From contig JBNRSN020000004.1 of NCBI GenBank assembly GCA_051313645.2, positions 333,684,001 to 333,748,000 on the forward strand: a stretch of 64,000 nt of DNA, in the 5' to 3' direction. The notes beneath the pieces are model-generated. The model was not told the origin of the DNA. It searched no databases and worked only from the letters and a program-made list of their open reading frames with translations. Shown here one piece after another: positions 49,355 to 61,050 of this stretch. Source of the stretch: Centroscyllium fabricii. Its lineage: Eukaryota. The number at the start of each line of letters is the position of its first letter. Within the stretch, counting starts at the first letter, position 1. The translations under genes were made by a program, and so were the position numbers.

Positions 49355-50830
49355 AAGACTTGCATTTATATAGCACCTTTCACGACCACCGGTTGTCCCA
49401 ATGAAGTACTTTTTTTTTTATGTAGTCACTGTTGTAATGCAGGAAGCGCAGCAGCCAATTCGCACACAGCAAGCTCCCACAAACAGCAGTGTGATAATGA
49501 CCAAATAATCTGTTTTAGTGATGCTATGATGTGGAGATGTGGACTAGGGTGGACAAATGTAAGAACTCACACACCAGGTTATAGTCCAACAGTTTTATTT
49601 GAAAGCACAAGCTTTCGGAGCGCTGCTCATTCCTCAGGTGAAGAAGGATGCATAAAGAAACATAGAAGATAGGAGCAGGAGTAGGCCACTCGGCCCTTCG
49701 AGCCTGCTCCGCCATTCAATGAGATCATGGCTGATCATCCAAACTCAGTACCCAGTCCCTGCCTCGTCCCCATATCCCTCGATCCCTATCGAACCTGCAC
49801 TGACACATATCCCACCCTATCCCTGTAACCCCACATATTCAATTGCCCTAACACTAAGGGTTAATTTATCCTGGCCAATCAACCTAACCCGCACATTTTT
49901 GGACTGTGGGAGGAAACCGGAGCACCCGAAGGAAACCCACGCAGACACGGGGAGTATGTGCAAACTCCACACAGATAGTACCCGAGGCTGGATTTGAACC
50001 CGGGTCTCCAGTGCTGTGAGGCAACAGTGCTAACCACTATGCCACCATGCCACCTATATGCATCTCTTCACTTCACCTGAGGAAGGAGCAGCGCTCCGAA
50101 AGCTTGTGGGCTTCCTCCAGGTGCTCCGGTTTCCTCCCACAGTCAAAAGATGTGCGGGTTAGGTTGATTGGCCATGATAAACTGACCCTTAGTGTTAGGG
50201 GGATTGAATATGTGGGGTTACGGGGATAGGGTGGGATATGTGTCGGTGCAGACTCGATAGGGATCAAGGGATACGGGGACAAGGCAGTGATGGGGTGCTG
50301 AGTTTGGATGATCAGCCATGATCTCATTGAATGGCGGAGCAGGCTCGAAGGGTCGAATGGCCTACTCATGCTCCTATCTTCTATGTTTCTATGATTTCAA
50401 ATAAAACTGTTGGACTATAACCTGGTGTTGTGTGAGTTCTTACATTAATGAAATAACAACAGAAAATGCTGGAAACTACCCGGGAACTACCCGAAACGTT
50501 GACTCCTATTGCTCTCCTATGGATGTTGCCTGAACTGCTGAGTTTTTCCAGCATTTTCTGTTGTTATTTCAGATGTCCAGCATCTGCAGTATTTTGTTAT
50601 CGTCTTACATTAGTGATGTTGGTTGAGGGATAAATATTGGCCAGGAGGCTGGGGAGAACTCCCCTGCTCCTCTTCGAAATAGGGCCACAGAATATCAACT
50701 GAGAGAGCAGAGAGGGCCTTGGTTTAATGTCTCATCCAAAAAGCGGCACCTCTGACAGTGCAGCATTCCCTCAGCACTGCATTGAGCCTATCAGCTCAGA
50801 ATTTTGTGCTCATGTCTCTGGAGTGGGACA
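49355..50830. mobile_element. Nested stack: Deu-SINE containing a Penelope hairpin element (itself holding two V-SINEs) and a second Penelope-type repeat
   Basis: Deu-SINE halves at 49355-49525 and 50610-50830; hairpin arms at 49528-49643 and 50072-50445; V-SINEs at 49655-50053 (-) and 50110-50393 (+). Confidence 0.7.
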
Positions 50831-51250
50831 ATCGGGTTCCAACACCAAACCCTAGCCTCAAACCCTGAGCCTAAGCAAACCTGATGAACAGGGGGTAATT
50901 ATTAATTTCTTGTAATTATTAATTATTGTTTATATTTATTGTAATCCGGAAAGCACAGACATGGAGCTTGCGATTAAGCATTTCACTACACTTTGTACAT
51001 GTACAATGATGTATGTGACAAATAAAGTGAACTTGAACAGGGGGGTGAAGGGTCTGCAAGTGGGTGCCCATGAACACACAGGGGTTGGCAGAGACAGACC
51101 AGGCCAGTTGGGGAGAGGCCTGGCAGCAACAGCTCGACCCCCGTCCCTGGCGCTGGAGCTTCCCCAGGGACCGCACTCGGTCTGATGTCCCTGCAGCAAG
51201 CTGCAATCCGCCCCCTTTGCAAGCCGGGCTGCGGCCCCCGGCACCCTTAC

Positions 51251-51314
51251 CCAGCTGCTCCTGCTCCAGAGCCACTCTCCGCCGGACCCACTCTTCGGTC
51301 GCTCTCAGCGCCAT
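51251..51314 (-). CDS. CEP72: CEP72-like coding exon 1 (MALRATEEWVRRRVALEQEQL)
   Basis: ATG in AGGATGG context within a CpG island; donor G|GTAAGG; 64 nt (phase 1) splices in frame to exon 2. Confidence 0.78.
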
Positions 51315-51415
51315 CCTTTCAAACCGGCCGTCACTGCGCAGGCGCGCCGCAGCACTGCCACTCACAGCTCGGGGGCGGGGCCCGGTGGGTTAAACTCCGC
51401 CCACTCGCTCTTGAC
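51315..51415 (-). promoter_or_regulatory. CpG-island promoter / 5' UTR of the CEP72-like gene
   Basis: NRF1-like TGCGCAGGCGCG at about 51335; GC boxes GGGGCGGGG at about 51372 and CTCCGCCC at about 51394. Confidence 0.6.
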
Positions 51416-51417
51416 CA

Positions 51418-54400
51418 CTGCTGGAGAGAGAACACAGAGAGAGTATTAGTGCAACTAGAGAGAGAGAACACAGAGAGAGTATTAGTGCAACTAGAGAGAG
51501 AGAACACAGAGTGAGTATTAGTGCAACTAGAGAGAGAGAACACAGAGAGAGTATTAGTGCAACTAGAGAGAGAGAACACAGAGAGAGTATTAGTGCAACT
51601 AGAGAGAGAGAACACAGAGAGAGTATTAGTGCAACTAGAGAGAGAGAACACAGAGAGAGTATTAGTGCAACTAGAGAGAGAGAACACAGAGAGAGTATTA
51701 GTGCAACTAGAGAGAGAGAACACAGAGAGAGTATTAGTGCAACTAGAGAGAGAACACAGAGAGTATTAGTGCAACTAGAGAGAGAGAGAACACAGAGAGA
51801 GTATTAGTGCAACTGGAGAGAGAGAGAACACAGAGAGTATTAGTGCAACTGGAGAGAGAGAACACAGAGAGAGTATTAGTGCAACTAGAGAGAGAACACA
51901 GAGAGTATTAGTGCAACTGGAGAGAGAGAGAGAGAGAACACAGAGTATTAGTGCAACTGGAGAGAGTGAGAGTGAACACAGACAGTATTAGTGCAACTGG
52001 AGAGAGAGAGAGTGAACACAGAGAGTATAAGTGCAACTAGAGAGAGTGAACACAGAGAGTATTAGTGCAACTGGAGAGAGTGAACACAGAGAGTATTAGT
52101 GCAACTGGAGAGAGTGAGAGTGAACACAGACCGTATTAGTGCAACTAGAGAGAGTGAACACAGAGAGTATTAGTGCAACTGGAGAGAGAGAGAACACAGA
52201 GAGTATTAGTGCAACTAGAGAGAGTGAACACAGACAGTATTAGTGCAACTAGAGAGAGTGAACACAGACAGTATTAGTGCAACTGGAGAGAGAGAGAACA
52301 CAGAGAGTATTAGTGCAACTGGAGAGAGTGAGAGTGAACACAGACAGTATTAGTGCAACTGGAGAGAGAGAGAGAACACAGAGAGAGTATTAGTGCAACT
52401 GGAGAGAGAGAACACAGACATTATTAGTGCAACTAGAGAGAGTGAACACAGACAGTATTAGTGCAACTGGAGAGAGAGAGAACACAGAGAGTATTAGTGC
52501 AACTGGAGAGAGTGAGAGTGAACACAGACAGTATTAGTGCAACTGGAGAGAGAGAGAACACAGAGAGAGTATTAGTGCAACTGGAGAGAGAGAGAACACA
52601 GAGTATTAGTGCAACTGGAGAGAGAGAACACAGAGAGAGTATTAGTGCAACTAGAGAGAGAACACAGAGAGTATTAGTGCAACTGGAGAGAGAGAGAGAG
52701 AGAACACAGAGTATTAGTGCAACTGGAGAGAGAGAGAACACAGAGAGAGTATTAGTGCAACTGGAGAGAGAGAGAACACAGAGAGTATTAGTGCAACTGG
52801 AGAGAGAGAACACAGAGAGAGTATTAGTGCAACTAGAGAGAGAACACAGAGAGTATTAGTGCAACTGGAGAGAGAGAGAGAGAGAACACAGAGTATTAGT
52901 GCAACTGGAGAGAGTGAGAGTGAACACAGACAGTATTAGTGCAACTGGAGAGAGAGAGAGTGAACACAGAGAGTATTAGTGCAACTGGAGAGAGTGAACA
53001 CAGAGAGTATTAGTGCAACTGGAGAGAGTGAGAGTGAACACAGACCGTATTAGTGCAACTAGAGAGAGTGAACACAGAGAGTATTAGTGCAACTGGAGAG
53101 AGAGAGAACACAGAGAGTATTAGTGCAACTAGAGAGAGTGAACACAGACAGTATTAGTGCAACTGGAGAGAGAGAGAACACAGAGAGTATTAGTGCAACT
53201 GGAGAGAGTGAGAGTGAACACAGACCGTATTAGTGCAACTAGAGAGAGTGAACACAGAGAGTATTAGTGCAACTGGAGAGAGAGAGAACACAGAGAGTAT
53301 TAGTGCAACTAGAGAGAGTGAACACAGACAGTATTAGTGCAACTAGAGAGAGTGAACACAGACAGTATTAGTGCAACTGGAGAGAGAGAGAACACAGAGA
53401 GTATTAGTGCAACTGGAGAGAGTGAGAGTGAACACAGACAGTATTAGTGCAACTGGAGAGAGAGAGAACACAGAGAGAGTATTAGTGCAACTGGAGAGAG
53501 AGAGAACACAGAGTATTAGTGCAACTGGAGAGAGAGAACACAGAGAGAGTATTAGTGCAACTAGAGAGAGAACACAGAGAGTATTAGTGCAACTGGAGAG
53601 AGAGAGAGAGAGAACACAGAGTATTAGTGCAACTGGAGAGAGAGAGAACACAGAGAGAGTATTAGTGCAACTGGAGAGAGAGAGAACACAGAGAGTATTA
53701 GTGCAACTGGAGAGAGAGAACACAGAGAGAGTATTAGTGCAACTAGAGAGAGAACACAGAGAGTATTAGTGCAACTGGAGAGAGAGAGAGAGAGAACACA
53801 GAGTATTAGTGCAACTGGAGAGAGTGAGAGTGAACACAGACAGTATTAGTGCAACTGGAGAGAGAGAGAGTGAACACAGAGAGTATTAGTGCAACTGGAG
53901 AGAGTGAACACAGAGAGTATTAGTGCAACTGGAGAGAGTGAGAGTGAACACAGACCGTATTAGTGCAACTAGAGAGAGTGAACACAGAGAGTATTAGTGC
54001 AACTGGAGAGAGAGAGAACACAGAGAGTATTAGTGCAACTGGAGAGAGTGAGAGTGAACACAGACCGTATTAGTGCAACTAGAGAGAGTGAACACAGAGA
54101 GTATTAGTGCAACTGGAGAGAGAGAGAACACAGAGAGTATTAGTGCAACTAGAGAGAGTGAACACAGACAGTATTAGTGCAACTAGAGAGAGTGAACACA
54201 GACAGTATTAGTGCAACTGGAGAGAGAGAGAACACAGAGAGTATTAGTGCAACTGGAGAGAGTGAGAGTGAACACAGACAGTATTAGTGCAACTGGAGAG
54301 AGAGAGAACACAGAGAGAGTATTAGTGCAACTGGAGAGAGAGAGAACACAGAGTATTAGTGCAACTGGAGAGAGAGAACACAGAGAGAGTATTAGTGCAA

Positions 54401-57400
54401 CTAGAGAGAGAACACAGAGAGTATTAGTGCAACTGGAGAGAGAGAGAGAGAACACAGAGTATTAGTGCAACTGGAGAGAGTGAGAGTGAACACAGACAGT
54501 ATTAGTGCAACTGGAGAGAGTGAACACAGAGAGTATTAGTGCAACTGGAGAGAGTGAACACAGAGAGTATTAGTGCAACTAGAGAGAGTGAGAGTGAACA
54601 CAGACAGTATTAGTGCAACTAGAGAGAGTGAACACAGAGAGTATTAGTGCAACTGGAGAGAGTGAGAGTGAACACAGACAGTATTAGTGCAACTAGAGAG
54701 AGTGAACACAGAGAGTATTAGTGCAACTGGAGAGAGTGAGAGTGAACACAGAGAGTATTAGTGCAACTAGAGAGAGTGAGAGTGAACACAGACAGTATTA
54801 GTGCAACTAGAGAGAGTGAACAGAGAGTATTAGTGCAACTGGAGAGAGTGAGAGTGAACACAGACAGTATTAGTGCAACTAGAGAGAGTGAACACAGAGA
54901 GTATTAGTGCAACTGGAGAGAGTGAGAGTGAACACAGACAGTATTAGTGCAACTAGAGAGAGTGAACACAGACAGTATTAGTGCAACTGGAGAGAGAGAG
55001 AGAACACAGAGAGTATTAGTGCAACTGGAGAGAGTGAACACAGAGAGTATTAGTGCAACTGGAGAGAGTGAGAGTGAACACAGACCGTATTAGTGCAACT
55101 AGAGAGAGTGAACACAGACAGTATTAGTGCAACTGGAGAGAGAGAGAACACAGAGAGTATTAGTGCAACTAGAGAGAGTGAACACAGACAGTATTAGTGC
55201 AACTGGAGAGAGAGAGAGAACACAGAGAGTATTAGTGCAACTGGAGAGTGAGAGAGAACACAGAGAGTATTAGTGCAACTGGAGAGAGAGAGAGAACACA
55301 GACATTATTAGTGCAACTAGAGAGAGTGAACACAGACAGTATTAGTGCAACTGGAGAGAGAGAGAACACAGAGAGTATTAGTGCAACTGGAGAGAGAGAG
55401 AGAGAACACAGAGTATTAGTGCAACTGGAGAGAGTGAGAGTGAACACAGACAGTATTAGTGCAACTGGAGAGAGTGAACACAGAGAGTATTAGTGCAACT
55501 GGAGAGAGTGAACACAGAGAGTATTAGTGCAACTAGAGAGAGTGAGAGTGAACACAGACAGTATTAGTGCAACTAGAGAGAGTGAACACAGAGAGTATTA
55601 GTGCAACTGGAGAGAGTGAGAGTGAACACAGACAGTATTAGTGCAACTAGAGAGAGTGAACACAGAGAGTATTAGTGCAACTGGAGAGAGTGAGAGTGAA
55701 CACAGAGAGTATTAGTGCAACTAGAGAGAGTGAGAGTGAACACAGACAGTATTAGTGCAACTAGAGAGAGTGAACAGAGAGTATTAGTGCAACTGGAGAG
55801 AGTGAGAGTGAACACAGACAGTATTAGTGCAACTAGAGAGAGTGAACACAGAGAGTATTAGTGCAACTGGAGAGAGTGAGAGTGAACACAGACAGTATTA
55901 GTGCAACTAGAGAGAGTGAACACAGACAGTATTAGTGCAACTGGAGAGAGAGAGAGAACACAGAGAGTATTAGTGCAACTGGAGAGAGTGAACACAGAGA
56001 GTATTAGTGCAACTGGAGAGAGTGAGAGTGAACACAGACCGTATTAGTGCAACTAGAGAGAGTGAACACAGACAGTATTAGTGCAACTGGAGAGAGAGAG
56101 AACACAGAGAGTATTAGTGCAACTAGAGAGAGTGAACACAGACAGTATTAGTGCAACTGGAGAGAGAGAGAGAACACAGAGAGTATTAGTGCAACTGGAG
56201 AGTGAGAGAGAACACAGAGAGTATTAGTGCAACTGGAGAGAGAGAGAGAACACAGACATTATTAGTGCAACTAGAGAGAGTGAACACAGACAGTATTAGT
56301 GCAACTGGAGAGAGAGAGAACACAGAGAGTATTAGTGCAACTGGAGAGAGTGAGAGTGAACACAGACAGTATTAGTGCAACTGGAGAGAGAGAGAACACA
56401 GAGAGAGTATTAGTGCAACTGGAGAGAGAGAGAACACAGAGTATTAGTGCAACTGGAGAGAGAGAACACAGAGAGAGTATTAGTGCAACTAGAGAGAGAA
56501 CACAGAGAGTATTAGTGCAACTGGAGAGAGAGAGAGAGAACACAGAGTATTAGTGCAACTGGAGAGAGTGAGAGTGAACACAGACAGTATTAGTGCAACT
56601 GGAGAGAGAGAGAGTGAACACAGAGAGTATAAGTGCAACTAGAGAGAGTGAACCCAGAGAGTATTAGTGCAACTGGAGAGAGTGAGAGTGAACACAGACA
56701 GTATTAGTGCAACTAGAGAGAGTGAACACAGAGAGTATTAGTGCAACTAGAGAGAGTGAGAGTGAACACAGACAGTATTAGTGCAACTAGAGAGAGTGAA
56801 CACAGAGAGTATTAGTGCAACTAGAGAGAGTGAACACAGACAGTATTAGTGCAACTAGAGAGAGTGAACACAGAGAGTATTAGTGCAACTAGAGAGAGTG
56901 AACACAGAGAGTATTAGTGCAACTGGAGAGAGTGAGAGTGAACACAGACAGTATTAGTGCAACTAGAGAGAGTGAACACAGACAGTATTTGTGCAACTAG
57001 AGAGAGTGAACACAGAGAGTATTAGTGCAACTGGAGAGAGTGAGAGTGAACACAGACAGTATTAGTGCAACTAGAGAGAGTGAACACAGACAGTATTAGT
57101 GCAACTAGAGAGAGTGAACACAGAGAGTATTAGTGCAACTGGAGAGAGTGAGAGTGAACACAGACAGTATTAGTGCAACTAGAGAGAGTGAACACAGAGA
57201 GTATTAGTGCAACTGGAGAGAGAGAGAACACAGAGAGTATTAGTGCAACTAGAGAGAGTGAACACAGACAGTATTAGTGCAACTAGAGAGAGTGAACACA
57301 GACAGTATTAGTGCAACTGGAGAGAGAGAGAGAACACAGAGAGTATTAGTGCAACTGGAGAGAGAGAGAACACAGAGAGTATTAGTGCAACTGGAGAGAG

Positions 57401-57757
57401 AGAGAGAACACAGACATTATTGCTGCAACTAGAGAGAGTGAACACAGACAGTATTAGTGCAACTGGAGAGAGAGAGAACACAGAGAGTATTAGTGCAACT
57501 GGAGAGTGAGAGAGAACACAGACATTATTGCTGCAACTAGAGAGAGAGAGAGAACACAGACAGTATTACTGCCGCTGGAGACAAAACACAGACAGCATTA
57601 CTGCAACTAGAGAGAGAGAGAGAACAGAGAGTATTAGTGCCACTGGAGAGAGAACACAAGAGAGTATTACTGGAACTGGAGAGAGTGAGAGAACACAGAC
57701 AGTATTACTGCCACTGGACAGAGAACACAGCCAGTATTACTGCAACTGGAGAGAGAG
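51418..57757. repeat. ~6.3 kb satellite/VNTR, unit about 32-42 bp GTATTAGTGCAACT(A/G)G(AG)n(TG)AACACAGA(G/C)A, with higher-order blocks
   Basis: Read directly from the sequence; identical ORF translations recur 910 and 2088 bp apart. Confidence 0.97.
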
Positions 57758-59497
57758 TGACGTATCGTCAATTAAGACAAAAGACGAGTAGTTACCTTAA
57801 CTATAGGCTTTTATTAAATTTATAATGGAGCTAGTCTCCAGTCGAGTTCAAGGCGCGAATGAACGGGGGCAGGGCGGCCCTTACCTATAAGCTCCCACCT
57901 GAGGGGAGGAGTTAGAGGTGTGGCTGACCTGGCCTTACACACAGTATACAGGTATATGTGACCCCACAGTGTACAAGTCCCGCCAATGCACTCGCAACTA
58001 CATACAGATGGTAATAACGGTTACCAAATTCACCCCTTCTTTGAAAATAAGTCCAGCGGGGTGAACGAGAGACAAAACAGTAACCAGAGAAGAAAAAGAA
58101 AAATTTTAGTGTCCGTTAGCACTGCGCTATCAGTCTGTCTGGCGGTCGTGTCTGCCTCGAGGACCGCCGGGGTTCCGGTAACGGTGCTGGTGCCGGTTGC
58201 GGTGCCGGGATCGGTGCTGGTGCCGGTGGCGGTGCCGGGGTCGGGCTCTCCGGCAATGGTGCCGGTGGCGCTGTGTTCGATCCTAGGTCAGCAGTTGGTG
58301 TTGTCAAGGGCCCCGGTGTGTGTGTGTATGAGGGCCAGTAGTCGGTGGGTGGTGGCTGGTCGGGCTGAGGCTCGACCGGGGGTTCTGCCCTAGTGCTCCC
58401 GGCGGGCGCCAGGTCCCTGATCGATACCGTGTCCTCGCGCCCGTCCGGGAATGTTACGTAGGCATACTGCGGGTTGGCATGTAGCAGATGCACCCGTTCC
58501 ATCAGGGGGTCGGTCTTGTGGCCGCGGACATGCTTTCTAAGCAAGACCGGCCCTGGCGTCGTGAGCCATGGTGGGAGTGCTGTCCCCAAAGTCGACTTCC
58601 TGGGGAAGGAAAATAACAGGTCGTGAGGTGTTGAATTGGTAGCGGTACACAACAGAGAGCGAATGGAATGGAACGCGTCTGGGAGGACCTCCTGCCAACG
58701 GGAAACTGGAAGGCCTCTGGACTTCAGGCCCAGGTTGACCACCTTCCAGATAGTCCCATTCTCCCTTTCTACCTGGCCGTTCCCTCGGGGGTTGTAACTG
58801 GTCATTCTGCTTGAGGCAACCCCTTTCTGAAGCAGAAACTGGCGCAGTTCGTCGCTCATGAACAACGACCCCCAGTCGCTAAGGATGTAGCTGGGGAGAC
58901 CGAAAATGGCGAACAGCGTGGTGAAGTGCCTTATTACCGTTGCGCTCATCATGTCTGGGCAGGGGAAGGCGAAGGGGAAGCGTGAGAACTCGTCTATGAC
59001 CGTGAGAAAGTACGAGTTGCGGTCAGTGGAGGGGAGGGGGCCTTTGAAGTCCACGCTCAGACGTTCAAAGGGGCGGGTGGCCTTGATGACGTGCGCCGTG
59101 TCTGGCCTGTAAAATTGGGGTTTGCACTCGGCACAGACAGGGCACTCTTTGGTCATAGCCTTTATCTCCGTGATGGAGTAGGGGAGGCTACGGGATTTGA
59201 TGAAGTGGGTGAGTCTGGTGACACCCGGGTGGCAGAGACGATCGTGGAGGGCCTTCAGCCGGTCCAGCTGGGCGCTGGCGCACGTTCCCCTGGACAGTGC
59301 ATCCGGGGGTTCGCTGAGTTTGCCTGGACAGTAAAGAATGTCATACTCGTAAGTCGAGAGTTCGATCCGCCACCGCAGGATCTTATCATTCTTGATTTTA
59401 CCCCGTTGTTTAGTATTAAACATAAACGCTACCAACCGTTGGTCGGTGAGCAGGGTAAAACGCTTACCGGCCAGGTAATGACGCCAGTAGCGCACTG
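57758..59497 (-). mobile_element. Gypsy family A, copy 2: end of RNase H, integrase, PPT and 3' LTR (57758-58028)
   Basis: ORF 58116..59528 has the HHCC motif (H...HPG...CPVC) and an integrase core with catalytic D and E positions; PPT AAAGAAGGGGTGAA abuts the LTR. Confidence 0.92.
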
Positions 59498-60081
59498 TGT
59501 CATAGGTTGGTTCTTCTCCTTTTGTCATAGGTTGGATTCCCCTTTAAATTCTAGGTGGCCTCTTCTCCCTTAAATTGGCCAGTACCTCGTTTACTACTGC
59601 ATACACCAGATTGGACAGCCCTAATCAACCAATATATCTTGAGCTGTTTATAAGCTTCCACTTTGCACCAGGAGCTTGCCAGATCATTAATTCTGTTACT
59701 GTGATACATGTGTTCTGTTCCTAGCTCTCTGATTCAGTCGAATTGTGTTACTGACCTGCTTACAGAAGAATTGGATTCTACTCTGCTGGAACTCGGTGTT
59801 GGAGTTTGTCCCTTCGGTGAAGCGGACTACCTGGAGAATTACTGTTTCTGTATTTGGACTTATTGCTCTCTATTACCTGAACTCTGGTTTGGACTTGTTA
59901 TCCTCTATTACCTGAACTCTGGTTTGGACTTGTTTGTCTCCGTGAACTTACTGCAGTTATTGACTTTATGTTTCTATATCTTCTGACGACTTGGAAATAA
60001 AGGAATTTTATTTCTACGCTGGTTTCCTGTGTTTTGCATTTGGGCCCTACCATCAACCATTACAGAACGATCTGGCCAAGA

Positions 60082-61050
60082 ATGGACCCAGCAGACACAC
60101 TGAAGCGTCTGGCACAGGTCGAAGGCGCCCTATTACACCAGGGGCAGGCCTTGGGGAATATGATCACTCAAATGGAGCAGCTAACCGCCGCCTGGAACTC
60201 GCGGGCAGCGTCGGATCCGGCAGGGATTCCACCACCACCAGACCCGGCTTCAGCATCGGTGTCGGCACCCATGCCTCACCTACAAGGCCTCACACCCGAA
60301 CCCCGAGTCGGGGTACCGGAACGTTATGCCGGTGAACCTGAGCAATGTAATCCCTTTCTCACTAACTGTTCCATTCTGTTTTCATTGCAGCCCCGCACCT
60401 TTGCCAATGAGACGGCAAAGGTAGCCTTTGTGATTAACTACCTCACAGGAAGAGCTCGTCTTTGGGGAACCGCCGAGTGGGAGAGAGAGACTCAGGCTTG
60501 CTCTTCTTTCAAGGGATTCGCCACCGAATTAAGAAGGGTGTTCGGCATGGTAACCTTCGGCTCTGAAGCAGCTCGGGGACTCATGAATCTGAGCCAGGGC
60601 AATCAGACAGTTGCTGATTACTCAATAGACTTCCGAATTAGAGCTCGGCTGAGTAATTGGAATTCGGCTGCATTATGTGACGTTTTTCTTCATGGGCTTG
60701 CAGGCTGCATCAAGGATGAACTGGTCTCCTATGATCTCCCTTCCACCCTGGATGAACTAATTAGTCTTGCCACCAGGATCGATCTCCGTATCCAGGCGCG
60801 TCGACGTGAGAGACTACTGGGAACGACTGGTCGACATCCTCCGAAACGGACTCAAGAGATATTCGGGGCGCCCAGGAATACTGCGACAGCAGGGTCAGAG
60901 CCAGTGGGTCACGAACCAATGCAGTTGGGTCGCACCTATATCTCATTGGTGGAGCATAAACGACGCCGCAAGGGGAATCTCTGTTTGTACTGCGGTCAGG
61001 CCGGCCATTTTGTTTCCCAGTGCCCAGCAAAATATCGGACTCACCAGTAG
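60082..61050 (+). CDS. gag: Sushi-like gag
   Basis: MDPAD..., [47 protein letters not shown]. Confidence 0.9.
   Translation: MDPADTLKRLAQVEGALLHQGQALGNMITQMEQLTAAWNSRAASDPAGIPPPPDPASASVSAPMPHLQGLTPEPRVGVPERYAGEPEQCNPFLTNCSILFSLQPRTFANETAKVAFVINYLTGRARLWGTAEWERETQACSSFKGFATELRRVFGMVTFGSEAARGLMNLSQGNQTVADYSIDFRIRARLSNWNSAALCDVFLHGLAGCIKDELVSYDLPSTLDELISLATRIDLRIQARRRERLLGTTGRHPPKRTQEIFGAPRNTATAGSEPVGHEPMQLGRTYISLVEHKRRRKGNLCLYCGQAGHFVSQCPAKYRTHQ

Noticed and set aside
50919-51365. 148-aa ORF as a single-exon gene
   Set aside because: Only the ATG-to-GTAAG segment (51314-51251) resembles CEP72; the remainder is intron read-through into a LINE tail.
51418-57757. CRISPR-like array, or repetitive proteins (LERENTERVLVQ...)
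   Set aside because: The 'spacers' are only (GA)n length variants with no unique sequence, the context is eukaryotic, and no cas genes are present. The ORFs are by-products of the repeat.
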